This document shows, in pieces, positions 35,546 to 46,500 of a stretch of 64,000 nt of DNA. A program made the position numbers and the translations under genes. The stretch spans positions 25,671-89,670 of the forward strand of contig CAZLAD010000003.1 of NCBI GenBank assembly GCA_964557535.1. The letters run 5' to 3'. The stretch is from an uncultured Candidatus Saccharibacteria bacterium. GTDB taxonomy: Bacteria; Patescibacteriota; Minisyncoccia; Phycocordibacterales; CSBR16-119. Positions within the stretch are counted from its first letter, which is position 1. Every line of letters begins with the position of its first letter. Below the pieces are notes generated by a model. The model did not search any database and was not told the origin of the DNA. It saw only the letters and a list, made by a program, of their open reading frames with translations.

Positions 35546-36202
35546 ATGTTTCAAAATTCTTCACGATTAGGAATTCTCGCAGATGGAATTTTCGCCATCG
35601 TTATGACGCTTTTGGTTTTGGAAATAAAAGTTCCGGTGATTAGATTTGCTACCAATGAATCTATTATCCAAGCTCTCTTGGATTCATACCCATTATTTTT
35701 GTCTTATTTGCTATCTTTTGTAACGCTCTTTACTTACTGGCGCGGGTATCACGCTGTGGCTTCGGATTTCGCCAAGACTTATAATCACAATTTTGAAAAT
35801 CTATCAGCAGCGTTTCTGTTTTTTGTGGCGCTCGTGCCATTCTCATCCCATTTGTTGGGGCTTTACTCTAAAGTACCGACCGGCGTTATTGTTTTTGCAG
35901 GAAATATTCTCGTAATCGGCCTTTTGCTTTTTTCTATGCGCGAATATGCATATAGATCCAAGGAAATAAAAAACAAAAAGCTGACCGAGGTCGAAAAGCG
36001 TCATATTCATATGCGTATTGCGATACCGATCATTTTTTCTATACTGGCAATTCCACTTTCTTTTGTAAACACTGACCTTGCTTTGGCGGTGTTGACTATC
36101 GCCATCGTTTTCAATTTGTTGAAAACTAGCACTAGAACGCTCGAAAAAATGATCGAACCTATAACCTCAGCCGAACAGCTCATCAGCGACAAGAAACTCT
36201 AG
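35546..36202 (+). CDS. DUF1211/TMEM175-family membrane protein (putative K+ channel)
   Basis: 218 aa. N-terminal 'RLGILADGIFAIVMTLLVLEI' is the signature of the family. Confidence 0.65.
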   Translation: MFQNSSRLGILADGIFAIVMTLLVLEIKVPVIRFATNESIIQALLDSYPLFLSYLLSFVTLFTYWRGYHAVASDFAKTYNHNFENLSAAFLFFVALVPFSSHLLGLYSKVPTGVIVFAGNILVIGLLLFSMREYAYRSKEIKNKKLTEVEKRHIHMRIAIPIIFSILAIPLSFVNTDLALAVLTIAIVFNLLKTSTRTLEKMIEPITSAEQLISDKKL

Positions 36203-36283
36203 TCTTTGTTGAAAAGCACTCTTGGTAAAACCAAAAAGATGTTACGATTTGTTTATTACTAATCTAACGGCGTTTATTTTTCT

Positions 36284-37849
36284 ATGCAAAAAACAAATTC
36301 AATCAAAACAGTTCATAAACATGTTTTTGCAATGGTGGTGATTGCCGGACTTGTCTGTCTTTGGACATTTGTCATTTATCCTAAAATTGCGCTTGGTGTT
36401 GAGACGCCAAGAAGACTCGTTGCAACAGCTGGCGATGGCGAAGTGTCTCTTGAGTGGCAAGAACCAGTACAAGTCGAGCCCATAACTGGTTATCGAATTT
36501 ATTATTCATCAGACAAAATGGCAGAGGATTCCGTTGACACGCTTAGTACGGATCTTTCGTACATTGTTACCGGTCTGGAAAATGGTTCAGAGTATACTTT
36601 TGAGGTTACTACTTTATCTGATGAGTTAGAAAGTGGTCGATCTGAATCCGCGACGGCAACCCCGACAGCTCGTGACGGAGGACGTGATCCTGTTGCTCTG
36701 TCTGGTGAACCAGAAGTTTTGACAACATCAACAACTGCCGTAATTTCATGGACGACTACAACAAATGCTTCTTCACAGGTTTTCTATGGTCCGACGGAAG
36801 ATTTTAGTGGTAATACAGAAGAGTATAATACTGAAGCTAGAACGACGGACCACTCGGTTGAGATTTTGAATCTTACGCCGTGTGCTGGATATTGGTACAA
36901 AGTTTTGTCTCGCGACGCAGAAGAAAATCTCGTTCAGAGTGCTGGCGGAGAATTCAAAACAACTGGATGTAAGGGTGGTTCAGAAATTATTGTTTACGAA
37001 GCTGCTAAATCTACGACGAGTCTCGGGACAACTGTCTCAGCAAAAGTTTCTGGACGAGGGCTGGAGGCCGTCGTTCCGGCGAATTTAAAGAGTGGACTGT
37101 CTGAGGTTGGGATTGAAGCCTTGAAGTTAGAGAAAAATAGAGTTCAAAGTGAGATTTCTACCCCTTCGAATAAGGAATGGGTAGGCCAGGCATATTCGTT
37201 GAAAGCTTTTGAAGATGAGAAAACTGAATTAGATGAAAATTTTGATGCTCCAGTTGAGGTAACGATTGATTATACCGCTGACGATGTCGTGGGGCTTGAT
37301 CCAGATAGTCTCCGGATTTATCACTACACAGATGGGATTGGTTGGGAAGTTCTTTCAAATTGTTTAACAAATAAGTCTGAAATGACGGTTACGTGCGAGA
37401 CGACCTCATTTTCTATCTTTGCGGTTTTCGGCAACCCTCCGTCAGGTGGTGTTTCTGGAAATAATCCATCACAGACACAGAGTCCTGTTGTTACGGTAGA
37501 AGATGTTGTTGAACCAACAATTCAAACTCCGGTTCCAGTTTCTACACCAAACGAGATTACAAATCCTAATACAGTAAAAACAATCTTCAATAAAAATCTT
37601 TGGCGTGGAATGAAAGATTCGGAAGTGCAATTACTCCAAAAGTTTTTGAATCAGAATGGATTCGTGCTTACTTTACAGGGTGCTGGTTCGCCTGGATTCG
37701 AAACCGACTTTTTCGGACCACTTACATTTACAGCGTTGATAAAATTCCAAGAAGCTCATAAAAATGAAATTTTGACGCCGTATGGTCTAGTTTCTGGTAC
37801 TGGATTTTTCGGTCCGAAAACACGCGCATTTATAAATTATCTAAAATAA
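36284..37849 (+). CDS. Secreted protein with fibronectin type III-like domains and a C-terminal peptidoglycan-binding (PG_binding_1-like) domain
   Basis: 521 aa. N-terminal TM/signal, FN3-like blocks ('WTTTTNASSQVFYGP...'), C-terminal 'LQKFLNQNGF...FGPLTFTALIKFQEAH'. Confidence 0.6.
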   Translation: MQKTNSIKTVHKHVFAMVVIAGLVCLWTFVIYPKIALGVETPRRLVATAGDGEVSLEWQEPVQVEPITGYRIYYSSDKMAEDSVDTLSTDLSYIVTGLENGSEYTFEVTTLSDELESGRSESATATPTARDGGRDPVALSGEPEVLTTSTTAVISWTTTTNASSQVFYGPTEDFSGNTEEYNTEARTTDHSVEILNLTPCAGYWYKVLSRDAEENLVQSAGGEFKTTGCKGGSEIIVYEAAKSTTSLGTTVSAKVSGRGLEAVVPANLKSGLSEVGIEALKLEKNRVQSEISTPSNKEWVGQAYSLKAFEDEKTELDENFDAPVEVTIDYTADDVVGLDPDSLRIYHYTDGIGWEVLSNCLTNKSEMTVTCETTSFSIFAVFGNPPSGGVSGNNPSQTQSPVVTVEDVVEPTIQTPVPVSTPNEITNPNTVKTIFNKNLWRGMKDSEVQLLQKFLNQNGFVLTLQGAGSPGFETDFFGPLTFTALIKFQEAHKNEILTPYGLVSGTGFFGPKTRAFINYLK

Positions 37850-37854
37850 ATATT

Positions 37855-38292
37855 ATGATTGATAAAATTGATTATTCAATTATTCATTTTTTCCGACGAG
37901 CTTTCTTGCCATCCGCGAGAATTGGATTATTTGTCGTCTTTTTTTGGTTTGGAATTTTAAAAGTTATTGGATTGTCACCAGCAAGTGGGGTAGTTCAAAG
38001 ACTTTTTGAAAACACAATTCCATTTATGAACTTCACGACATTTTTAGTTCTATTTGGACTATTTGAGTGTTTGATTGGAATTTTGTTTCTCGTCAAAGGC
38101 GCGGAGCGTATCGTTATCCCGCTTCTTTTCATTCACATGATTACCACATTTGGCCCGCTCGTTTATTTGCCGTCTGAAACATGGCAGAAATTTATGGTGC
38201 CAACACTCGAGGGTCAATACATCATCAAAAACGTTGTGCTCATCGCGGCCACTATCGGCATCGCGGCGCATTTGCATCCGATGAAGAAGTAG
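37855..38292 (+). CDS. Hypothetical integral membrane protein (about 4 TM helices)
   Basis: 145 aa, hydrophobic. Its stop codon is the first TAG of repeat copy C. Confidence 0.4.
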   Translation: MIDKIDYSIIHFFRRAFLPSARIGLFVVFFWFGILKVIGLSPASGVVQRLFENTIPFMNFTTFLVLFGLFECLIGILFLVKGAERIVIPLLFIHMITTFGPLVYLPSETWQKFMVPTLEGQYIIKNVVLIAATIGIAAHLHPMKK

Positions 38293-38320
38293 CTTCTAGT
38301 GACTAGCTTTTAGCTTGTAG
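38290..38320. repeat. Copy C of the 31-nt TAG-rich repeat (TAGCTTCTAGTGACTAGCTTTTAGCTTGTAG)
   Basis: Followed by the terminator AAGGCCCCGCttgtcGCGGGGCCTT at 38329-38353. Confidence 0.6.
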
Positions 38321-38374
38321 GAAAAGCAAGGCCCCGCTTGTCGCGGGGCCTTGGCGCTCCAGGTGCTGTCCGGA

Positions 38375-38545
38375 TCAGTTGATCTTTCTTCGATCGCTGG
38401 GCGTGTATTTCTCCAGATGTCCGGCGCATTTTTCACACACGCCACACATGTCTGGGTCATCTCCTTGTATGTGCATACAGGAGACGCATTGCCAGGTTGT
38501 TACAACGTCCGTGTTCTTTGTGGTCTGGGTGTCGGTTTCGGGCAT
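38375..38545 (-). CDS. Possible 56-aa zinc-ribbon protein (two CxxC pairs), GC-rich
   Basis: 'MPETDTQTTKNTDVVTTWQCVSCMHIQGDDPDMCGVCEKCAGHLEKYTPSDRRKIN'. Below the ORF-track size cut-off. G/C-ending codons. Confidence 0.35.
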   Translation of the reverse strand: MPETDTQTTKNTDVVTTWQCVSCMHIQGDDPDMCGVCEKCAGHLEKYTPSDRRKIN

Positions 38546-38630
38546 GGCGTCATTTTTCTTGTATCTTAAGTCAAAAATCTCTTTTTATCAATCTTTTTCG
38601 AAAACAAGTCTTGTGATACGATAGAAACCT

Positions 38631-38714
38631 ATGGATCCCGATAGTGATCGCGGTCGCTGCGGGGAATTTTCTGGAGGTTATTATTTTTAAAGACCGCGAC
38701 CTATCACTATCGGG
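38631..38714 (+). promoter_or_regulatory. thrS leader: 19/23-nt inverted repeat (CCCGATAGTGATCGCGGTC ... GACCGCGAcCTATCACTATCGGG) whose 3' arm ends at the thrS AUG. The only GGAGG lies in the 35-nt loop, and there is a 19-codon uORF (MDPDSDRGRCGEFSGGYYF).
   Basis: Read directly from the sequence. No T-box consensus found. Confidence 0.45.
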
Positions 38715-40454
38715 ATGGAACTAAGCGATATTTCGAAAAAAAGACATACTTTGGCCCACCTACTCGCGGCGGCGGTTCTTGCAGAGTATCCAGACACCAA
38801 ACTAACTCTTGGTCCGGCGATTGATACCGGCTTTTATTACGATATGGAATTTGCCGAGCCTTTGACCGATGCAGAGCTCCCAAAAATAGAGAAAGCCATG
38901 CGAAAAATCCTGCCGAAGTGGACAGAATTCACTCACAAGGAAGTTTCAGCTGATGAAGCCAAGGAAATTTTTGCTGGAAATCCTTATAAACTCGAACTAA
39001 TTTCCGAAATTGCCGAAAAAGGGGAGAAAATCACTCTATATACATGCGGCGGATTCACTGATCTGTGCCGAGGCGGGCATTCTGACAATCCGGCCAAGGA
39101 AATCGATCCAGAGTCATTCAAACTCGACAAAATTGCTGGTGCCTACTGGCGTGGAGACGAAAAAAACAAAATGTTGACTCGAATTTACGGTTTGGCCTTT
39201 GAAAACAAGGCGGAATTAGAAAATCATGTAAAAATGATGAACGAAGCCAAAGAGCGAGATCACCGAAAACTTGGGAAAGAGCTTGATTTGTTTACTTTTT
39301 CTGATCTGGTCGGTCCAGGTTTGCCACTTTTTACTCCCAAAGGAACAATTATTCGTGATTTGATCATCGAAAAGATCCAAGGAATCCAAAAACGCTTTGG
39401 TTATCAGAAAGTTGCGATTCCTCATATAACCAAAGCAGAACTCTATAAAATATCAGGCCATTATGACAAATATGGTGACGATTTGTTCAAGGTGTACGGC
39501 CGTGGCGACACAGAATTCTGCATGAAACCGATGAATTGCCCTCATCATACCCAGATTTATGCTTCAAAACCTCGAAGTTACAAGGATTTGCCAATTCGTT
39601 ACATGGAAACGGGTGTTGTGTATCGTGACGAACAGGCTGGAGAGCTGATGGGGCTTGCTCGTGTTCGAGCAATCTCTCAAGACGACGGCCATTTGTTCGT
39701 CACGCCAGAACAAATAGAAGAAGAAATTTCTAATATTGTTTCTATTATCAAGGAATTTTACACATCTTTAGGAATGTGGAAGGAAGGGGGTTTTTGGGTA
39801 TCGCTCTCAGTTCGTGATTCAAATGCACTCGAAAATTACCTCGGAGACACTGAAACATGGGAAATTGCCGAAAAAGCCTTGGAAAATATAGCTCAAAAGA
39901 ATAATTTGCCTTACAAACGAGTCGAAGGAGAGGCTGCTTTTTATGGTCCGAAGCTCGATTTTATGTTCTTCGATGCTCTAGGACGAGAACGCCAGCTTGG
40001 TACTGCGCAGCTAGATTTCAATATGCCAAAGCGTTTCGAACTCGAATATACTGACAAAGATGGTATCAAAAAGACACCGGTTATGATTCACCGTGCCGTT
40101 GCCGGGTCTTTGGAAAGATTCATGGCTTTAGCTATAGAACACTTCAACGGCCAATTTCCATTCTGGCTTGCGCCAGTTCAATTGGCCATAGTTCCTATAA
40201 AAGAAGACATTCATGGAGAATTTGCGAGCGCAATCTACGCAAAAATGATTGAAAACGGCATTCGTGCCGAACTTATGACGGCAGGACTTGGCAAAAGCGT
40301 ACGCGAAGCCAAATCGCAAAAAGTTCCGTTCATCATGGTTATCGGTGACAAAGAAATCGAATCAAACAAATTTAAACTCGAAGGCGTTGAAGAAATTACA
40401 GATGTGTCTATCGAAGACATTCTCGAGAAATTTTCGAATCTAAATAAAATTTAA
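38715..40454 (+). CDS. thrS: Threonyl-tRNA synthetase (lacking the N-terminal TGS domain)
   Basis: 579 aa. Starts in the editing/SAD domain ('HTLAHLLAAAVL'), then the class II core ('FCMKPMNCPHH', 'RVRAISQDDGHLF') and a C-terminal anticodon-binding domain. Confidence 0.9.
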   Translation: MELSDISKKRHTLAHLLAAAVLAEYPDTKLTLGPAIDTGFYYDMEFAEPLTDAELPKIEKAMRKILPKWTEFTHKEVSADEAKEIFAGNPYKLELISEIAEKGEKITLYTCGGFTDLCRGGHSDNPAKEIDPESFKLDKIAGAYWRGDEKNKMLTRIYGLAFENKAELENHVKMMNEAKERDHRKLGKELDLFTFSDLVGPGLPLFTPKGTIIRDLIIEKIQGIQKRFGYQKVAIPHITKAELYKISGHYDKYGDDLFKVYGRGDTEFCMKPMNCPHHTQIYASKPRSYKDLPIRYMETGVVYRDEQAGELMGLARVRAISQDDGHLFVTPEQIEEEISNIVSIIKEFYTSLGMWKEGGFWVSLSVRDSNALENYLGDTETWEIAEKALENIAQKNNLPYKRVEGEAAFYGPKLDFMFFDALGRERQLGTAQLDFNMPKRFELEYTDKDGIKKTPVMIHRAVAGSLERFMALAIEHFNGQFPFWLAPVQLAIVPIKEDIHGEFASAIYAKMIENGIRAELMTAGLGKSVREAKSQKVPFIMVIGDKEIESNKFKLEGVEEITDVSIEDILEKFSNLNKI

Positions 40455-40554
40455 TAATTTATAAGTTTTAAACACTTTTACACATTGACAATATCTTATT
40501 GTGTTTTTTTACTTTATAATAAACTCATTAAAACTTTATAATTATTATCATTGT

Positions 40555-43500
40555 ATGAAATTACAAAGAGCATTTTTTTTGGTTATCGCACTCGCTTTCG
40601 TTGTGTCGCTCGGAACTCTCCTCACCGGCGGAGATAATCAAAAAGCTCAAGTCGTAAGTGGAACGAATTCCATCGCCTTGACCGCTCCCGCTTCGGGAAC
40701 AACCGTGTCCGTTGGACAAACTCTACCGATGACATGTCAGGCTGAAGTTGCGCAGGGATATGGGCTATCAAGACTCAAGTTTTCATGGTTTCAAAACAAC
40801 GGAGCCGAGGCAGGCGATCTCAAGGATAACCAATATGACCCATATATGTCCTCGGGCACTTTCACTGAAAATGTCACCATCCCAAACATAACACCAGGAT
40901 CTAATTTCAAACTACAGTGTGTTGGCTACTACAAGGATTTGAGCGATCTTTCTATTCCAGCAATTTCCAAAACTCAAAGTCTCACAATGAACCTGGTTAC
41001 GGTTCCAGTCTCTGTCCCTGGTTGTATGGATCCGTTGGCTACAAACTACAACCAAAATGCAACATTAGATGATGGCTCATGTATATATCCGGTAGTCGAC
41101 ACAACAGCTCCGTCAGTTCCAACAAGTTTGACGGCGGCTTTGCCAACCTCGAGCGCCATTCGTATAAACTGGTCAGCCTCGACAGACAATGTAGCTGTTG
41201 CTGGATATAAGATTTATCGAAATGATGGTGGAAATACACCAATGAATTTAACAACCCCAATAGCTACAGTTATCGCACCTTCAACAACATTTTTGAATCA
41301 GGGCCTTGTTGCCAACAGAAAATATAAATACCAGATTCGTGCATATGATGCCGCCGGCAATGACTCAGGTCTTTCAAGTGCAATCACGGTGACAACTAGA
41401 TCTGTATCGACACCGACAAATGTAGCTGTAACTTCTCCAACAACTGTTTCTTTGACAGTTTCTTGGACTCCACCATCAGCTTCAAATACTTTTAGCTACA
41501 AAATTTATTCCAATCATGCAAATGGTGGAGGAACTTCTACTATAAATACGACAACGCCAGTCGGAGAAGTTTTTGTTTCGAGCGGATCAAACATGTTTGT
41601 ATTCGGCGACAACGATCCAGCTACCCCAATGCCACAATTGGCACCAAACACTCAATATCGTTTCAGAGTAGCTGCTGTTGATGACGCCAACAACAGATCA
41701 ACACTAATGCCAAACGTTTCTTCGGGTGTTTCTGGAACGACTCTTGGCAATACGACTCCGCCACCATCAGCACCTTCTGGGCTAAATGTCGTTACTACCG
41801 GATCGACAACCGCCACAGCTACATGGACAGACAACTCAAACAACGAAACAGGATTTACTTTGCAGAGGGCTACGAATTCCGGATTTAGTTCTAATTTAGT
41901 TACAATCTCTAGTACGATTTCTGCAAATTCCCAATCTTTTGGTGTAACTGGTCTTTCTGCGGGATCAACATATTATTTCCGTGTACAGGCAAATGCCTCG
42001 ACACCTTCAGCTTGGGCAACTTTTGGACCGCTTACATTGCCTGTTGCCGACACAACTGCACCAACAGCAACTATCACCGCGCCGACAGCAGGCCAGGTTT
42101 TGCCAGCGGGAACAGCCAGTACGACTTTGGCTGTCACGACAAACGAAAACGCCACTTGTAAATGGAATAGCACAGATGCCTCATATTCTTCTATGACTGG
42201 TTCTATGGCTGGTACAGGAACAATGTCACACACAGCAACACTCACAGGACTTGTAAATGGTACTAGTTATACACGATATGTACGATGCCAAGACGTAGCA
42301 GGTAACCCAATGACCACAAGTCAGTCCAGGACGTTTAGTGTTGCCGTGCCGGCTGATACAACAGCTCCAGCTATTCCAACACTTTCAGTTGGAACAATTA
42401 CTTCGGAAACCGTTGCGCTTTCTTGGAATGCTGTTACTGACCCATCTTCACCAGTTTCGTACAAGATTTACCGCAATGGCACTTATATTGGTTCTCCAAT
42501 TTCTGGCACTTCTACAACCGATTCTGGTTTAGTCGCCGGAACACTTTATTCATACACAATCTCTGCTTGCGACAATGCACCAACGCAAAACTGCTCCGCT
42601 CAATCAACCACAGTTACAGCGACAACAACCGCTATTCCAACAATAGTTTCATCTCTTCAGGTTGTTCAAACAAACGGAACAGTAGTCTCTACTCTTACGA
42701 GCGGACAACAACTAAACGTTGGCTCCCAAACAAACGCTACGTATCCACCACTTAATGGAGCTTTCTCTGTAAAGGCCAACCCAGGCACACCGGCTCCAAC
42801 AAGCATCAAGTTTGAATTGACAGGCCCTTCAGGATTTACGGCATACACTCAGTGCGAAAGTGCTTCGCCGTTCGCAATGTATGGCGATGCCTCTGGAACA
42901 TACACTTCATGGCCAACAGCTACTCAGATTTTGGGTGCGTACACGTTAACCGTAACTCCATACGCTGCCACTACTTGTACTGGGGCGGCGGGTACACCGA
43001 TTGTAAGCCAATTCATCTTGGCGAACTTTGATGACTTAACCAACCCGACAAATCCTTCACAAGCCAATGCCACATATAGATCGTCTGGAGAAATCAGGCT
43101 TTCTTGGACGGCTTCATCTGATTCGAGTGGAATTAGTCATTACAACGTTACGCGAACGCCGGGTGGTATTGTAAATGTCGGTAATCAAACAACATATGTA
43201 GACACGAATGGCTTAAATGGAACGACAGGATACACATATACTGTTACCGCAGTTGATAATGTCGGAAATTCTTCTGGTGTTTCAAATGCCGTTGTTTCGC
43301 CTACGCTTTCGACGACATTTAGTAATGCCGATCTGGTCCAAACAAACGAGGCCAGTGTAGAGGTAAAAGCTTCTCCAGACGCGCCTAATGGTATTGGTTT
43401 TCAAACAAATCCAAACTCCGCAGGTACTATTACAAACGCCCCAACATCTCCGACAAATCCAGTCTGGGTAAAAAATGAGGGCGATTATTGGTATGTAAAC

Positions 43501-46500
43501 TTTAACTCCGGACTCGATGGATGGGTAAACGAATCTAAAATTGATGCATTTGTTCCACAACCTCCAACCGCAAATATTACCGCACCAACCGCTGGACAAG
43601 TTCTCGCTTCTGGTACAACAACGGTAACTCTATACGTAACAACAAACGAAGCTGCTACTTGTAAATGGGCAACAACAGACATGGCTTATGCTTCTATGAC
43701 GAATACCTTTACCGGCTCTGGATCGACTTCTCACAACTATCCGTTACTTGGATTGACCGATGGAACACAATACACGCGATATGTTCGTTGTGCGGATACC
43801 GATGGTAATCAGATGACATCAAGCGTAAGTGTTTCGTTTAGTGTTGCGACAAGTGTGCCGACCGGCGATCCTGTCGTAAATACTACATGTCCAGCGACGA
43901 TGCCTACTATTGAGTACGATGCTCGAAACGCAGCGAGACTAACTGTTCAACTTTGTGCTCAGATCTCGGAAAGCTCTACACCAAAAACGATCACGCTTAA
44001 GTGGGCAAATGTTACAGGAAGAACGGTAAGTAGCATTACAATTTATCGAAAAACAGAAACTGGTTCATGGACAAGCGTCGGCACGCCGGCTGCTTCATCA
44101 ACAAGTTGGACAGACACAAATGTTACCGCTGGTACTTACTATGAATACAAAGTTCAAATGGTCACTGGTGGCTCAGAGGGAACAGTCTATGGATACATTG
44201 CTTCGGGTATAAAAGTTCCTCAAGAATCTTATCGAGGAAGACTGGTTTTGGTTGTTGATAACACCAAAGCTAACGGACTAAACGGTTCTGCTCCAACTTC
44301 TGGTCCACTCGCAACACAAGTTAGCCAGCTCATAAATGAATTAACTGGCGATAAATGGATCGTATCCCCTGTGTATGTTAGTCAGAGCGCAACACCAGCA
44401 ACAGTTAGAGCCTTGATAAAAGGATACTACGATACAGACGCGGGCGATGGTAATTCAAATACAAATACAAAAGCAGTATATATCTTTGGTCATGTTCCGG
44501 TTGCGGGTATAGGTAATCTAAATCCAGATGGACACGGAGGAAGAGGAATTTCAAGTGACGTAATTTATAGTGAAATGACTTCGACTTGGAACACGGGCTC
44601 CGTTGGATCATCGGCCGGTTATGGTGTGTCAGCAGGTTTCACTATGCCAAGTACTCATACTTATAACAATCCAACTCCAGACGCGGGAGAGCTACAGGTT
44701 GGACGTGTCGATATGTATAATCTTCCTGGTATGCCGGGGACCGAAAATGAAAAACTTACTAACTATCTTGCAAAGGCAACAAATTTCAAAAAACGACTAT
44801 ATACGCCAACTGACACGATGTATCTAAGAGCTAGAACTCCTTTCACATCTTCGGGTATGGCCGGCTGGAGTAGTACAGCCTCTGTGGTCGGACCTCAAAA
44901 CGTGACTCACGATAGAACAGCAAGCGACCTTTGGACAAACTTGGGTCAAAATCATCTCTTTGTTCTAGGTTACGGACAAAGCGGTGGCGTGTTGGCGGTA
45001 GACAAGATTCCTCAGCCAGGGCTATGTATTTCTGGATGCGGTTCAAACAACTTGACGAGTGTTAGCTGGGGTGGAGTATTTAACGCCCTCAGTTCAAGTT
45101 ATATCGTTGAATGGAACGATACAAACTCAATCCTGCGATCTATTTTGGCCGATGAAGGAAAATCACTTACTATGTCATACGGCATAGATAACCATTGGTA
45201 TTTCCACCACATGGGAATGGGCAAGACCGTCGGGTATTCGGCGCTTAGCTCGCTAAACAACAATACGAACTTGTATTATCCACGAGGCATGACAGGTGAT
45301 TGGAATAATTCAAGCAATGGAAACAATGCATACGGTCACATGGCACTCCTTGGAGACCCAACTCTTCGTGCTCACTATGTTGGTATGCCGACAGGAAATC
45401 TCTCTATTACAAACAGTGGCGGATTGGCAGCGTTTTCATGGGGTGCGTCGAGCGATTCACCGCTTGGATATAACCTCTACGAGATTCAGACGAATACGAT
45501 TAGAAAAGTAAATTCAAATATTATTTCTGGAACTTCATATACTTCTTCTGATAGCTATGATGCAAATAGAAAGTATATGGTAACGGCGGTTAAAGTGAGG
45601 GCTGGTAATAGCGGAACATACTACAATGAATCCCTAGGACTTATTGGTGGAGGTGACGGAGGCGGTGTACTCTTGGGCGATCTCGATAACCCAACATGGT
45701 CTGGAGGAACATCGAATCTCACGGTTACTTCACCAACTGCAACTTCTCTCGCTACTTCGTGGAACACTGCAACAGACGCGACACAACCTGTAACTTACAA
45801 ACTTCAAAGAAGAGCGAGCGGAGGATCATTTGCCGAAGTGTATAGCGGAACAGCAACGTCTTTCTCAAATACAGGACTTGTCGCAGGGACAACCTATGAA
45901 TTTCAAGTGAGAGCTTGTGATGGCGTAGGAATTCCAAACTGCACCAGCTGGTCTTCGACGGTTTCAGGCACAACAACAGCAAACGACACTACATCACCAA
46001 CAACTCCGGGCGCTCCGACATCTACTGGCATAACAGCTTCATCGATCAGTCTTTCTTGGACTGCGTCGACTGACGCCGTAGGCGTAACAGGCTACAAGAT
46101 TTACAGAAGCGCAACAGCTGGTGGAACTTACTCAGAAATCGGAACTTCGGCAACGAATTCCTATACAGACACTGGACTTTCGGCAAGTACATCGTATTAC
46201 TATAAAATTTCCGCATACGACGCTGCTGCGAATAATTCTGCTCAATCAAGTGCTTCTGCTGCGATCACAACTAGCCAAGCTCAAAGTGGGGGACAGACAG
46301 TCTCTGGTATCAATGGTCCAGTTGGTCCGAGCTTAACGACAAATCAAACCTCTTGTACCAATCCTTCCGGTGGAACGATTTACTACGTAGATGCTGTAAA
46401 TGGAAATGATTCAAACAACGGAACGTCAGTTAGTACAGCTTGGAAAACAATCACCAAGGTCAACAACTCGATGTCTAGTATCAACGCCGGAATGATGCTT

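Noticed and set aside
38590-38714. T-box riboswitch upstream of thrS
   Set aside because: There is no T-box consensus (AATTAGGGTGGNACCGCG) and no specifier-loop architecture, only a single long hairpin ending at the AUG.
40501-40554. GTG start at 40501 for the giant protein ('MFFYFIINSLKLYNYYHC')
   Set aside because: The ATG at 40555 is immediately followed by a textbook signal peptide. The upstream 54 nt are AT-rich promoter-like sequence (TTGACA at 40483).
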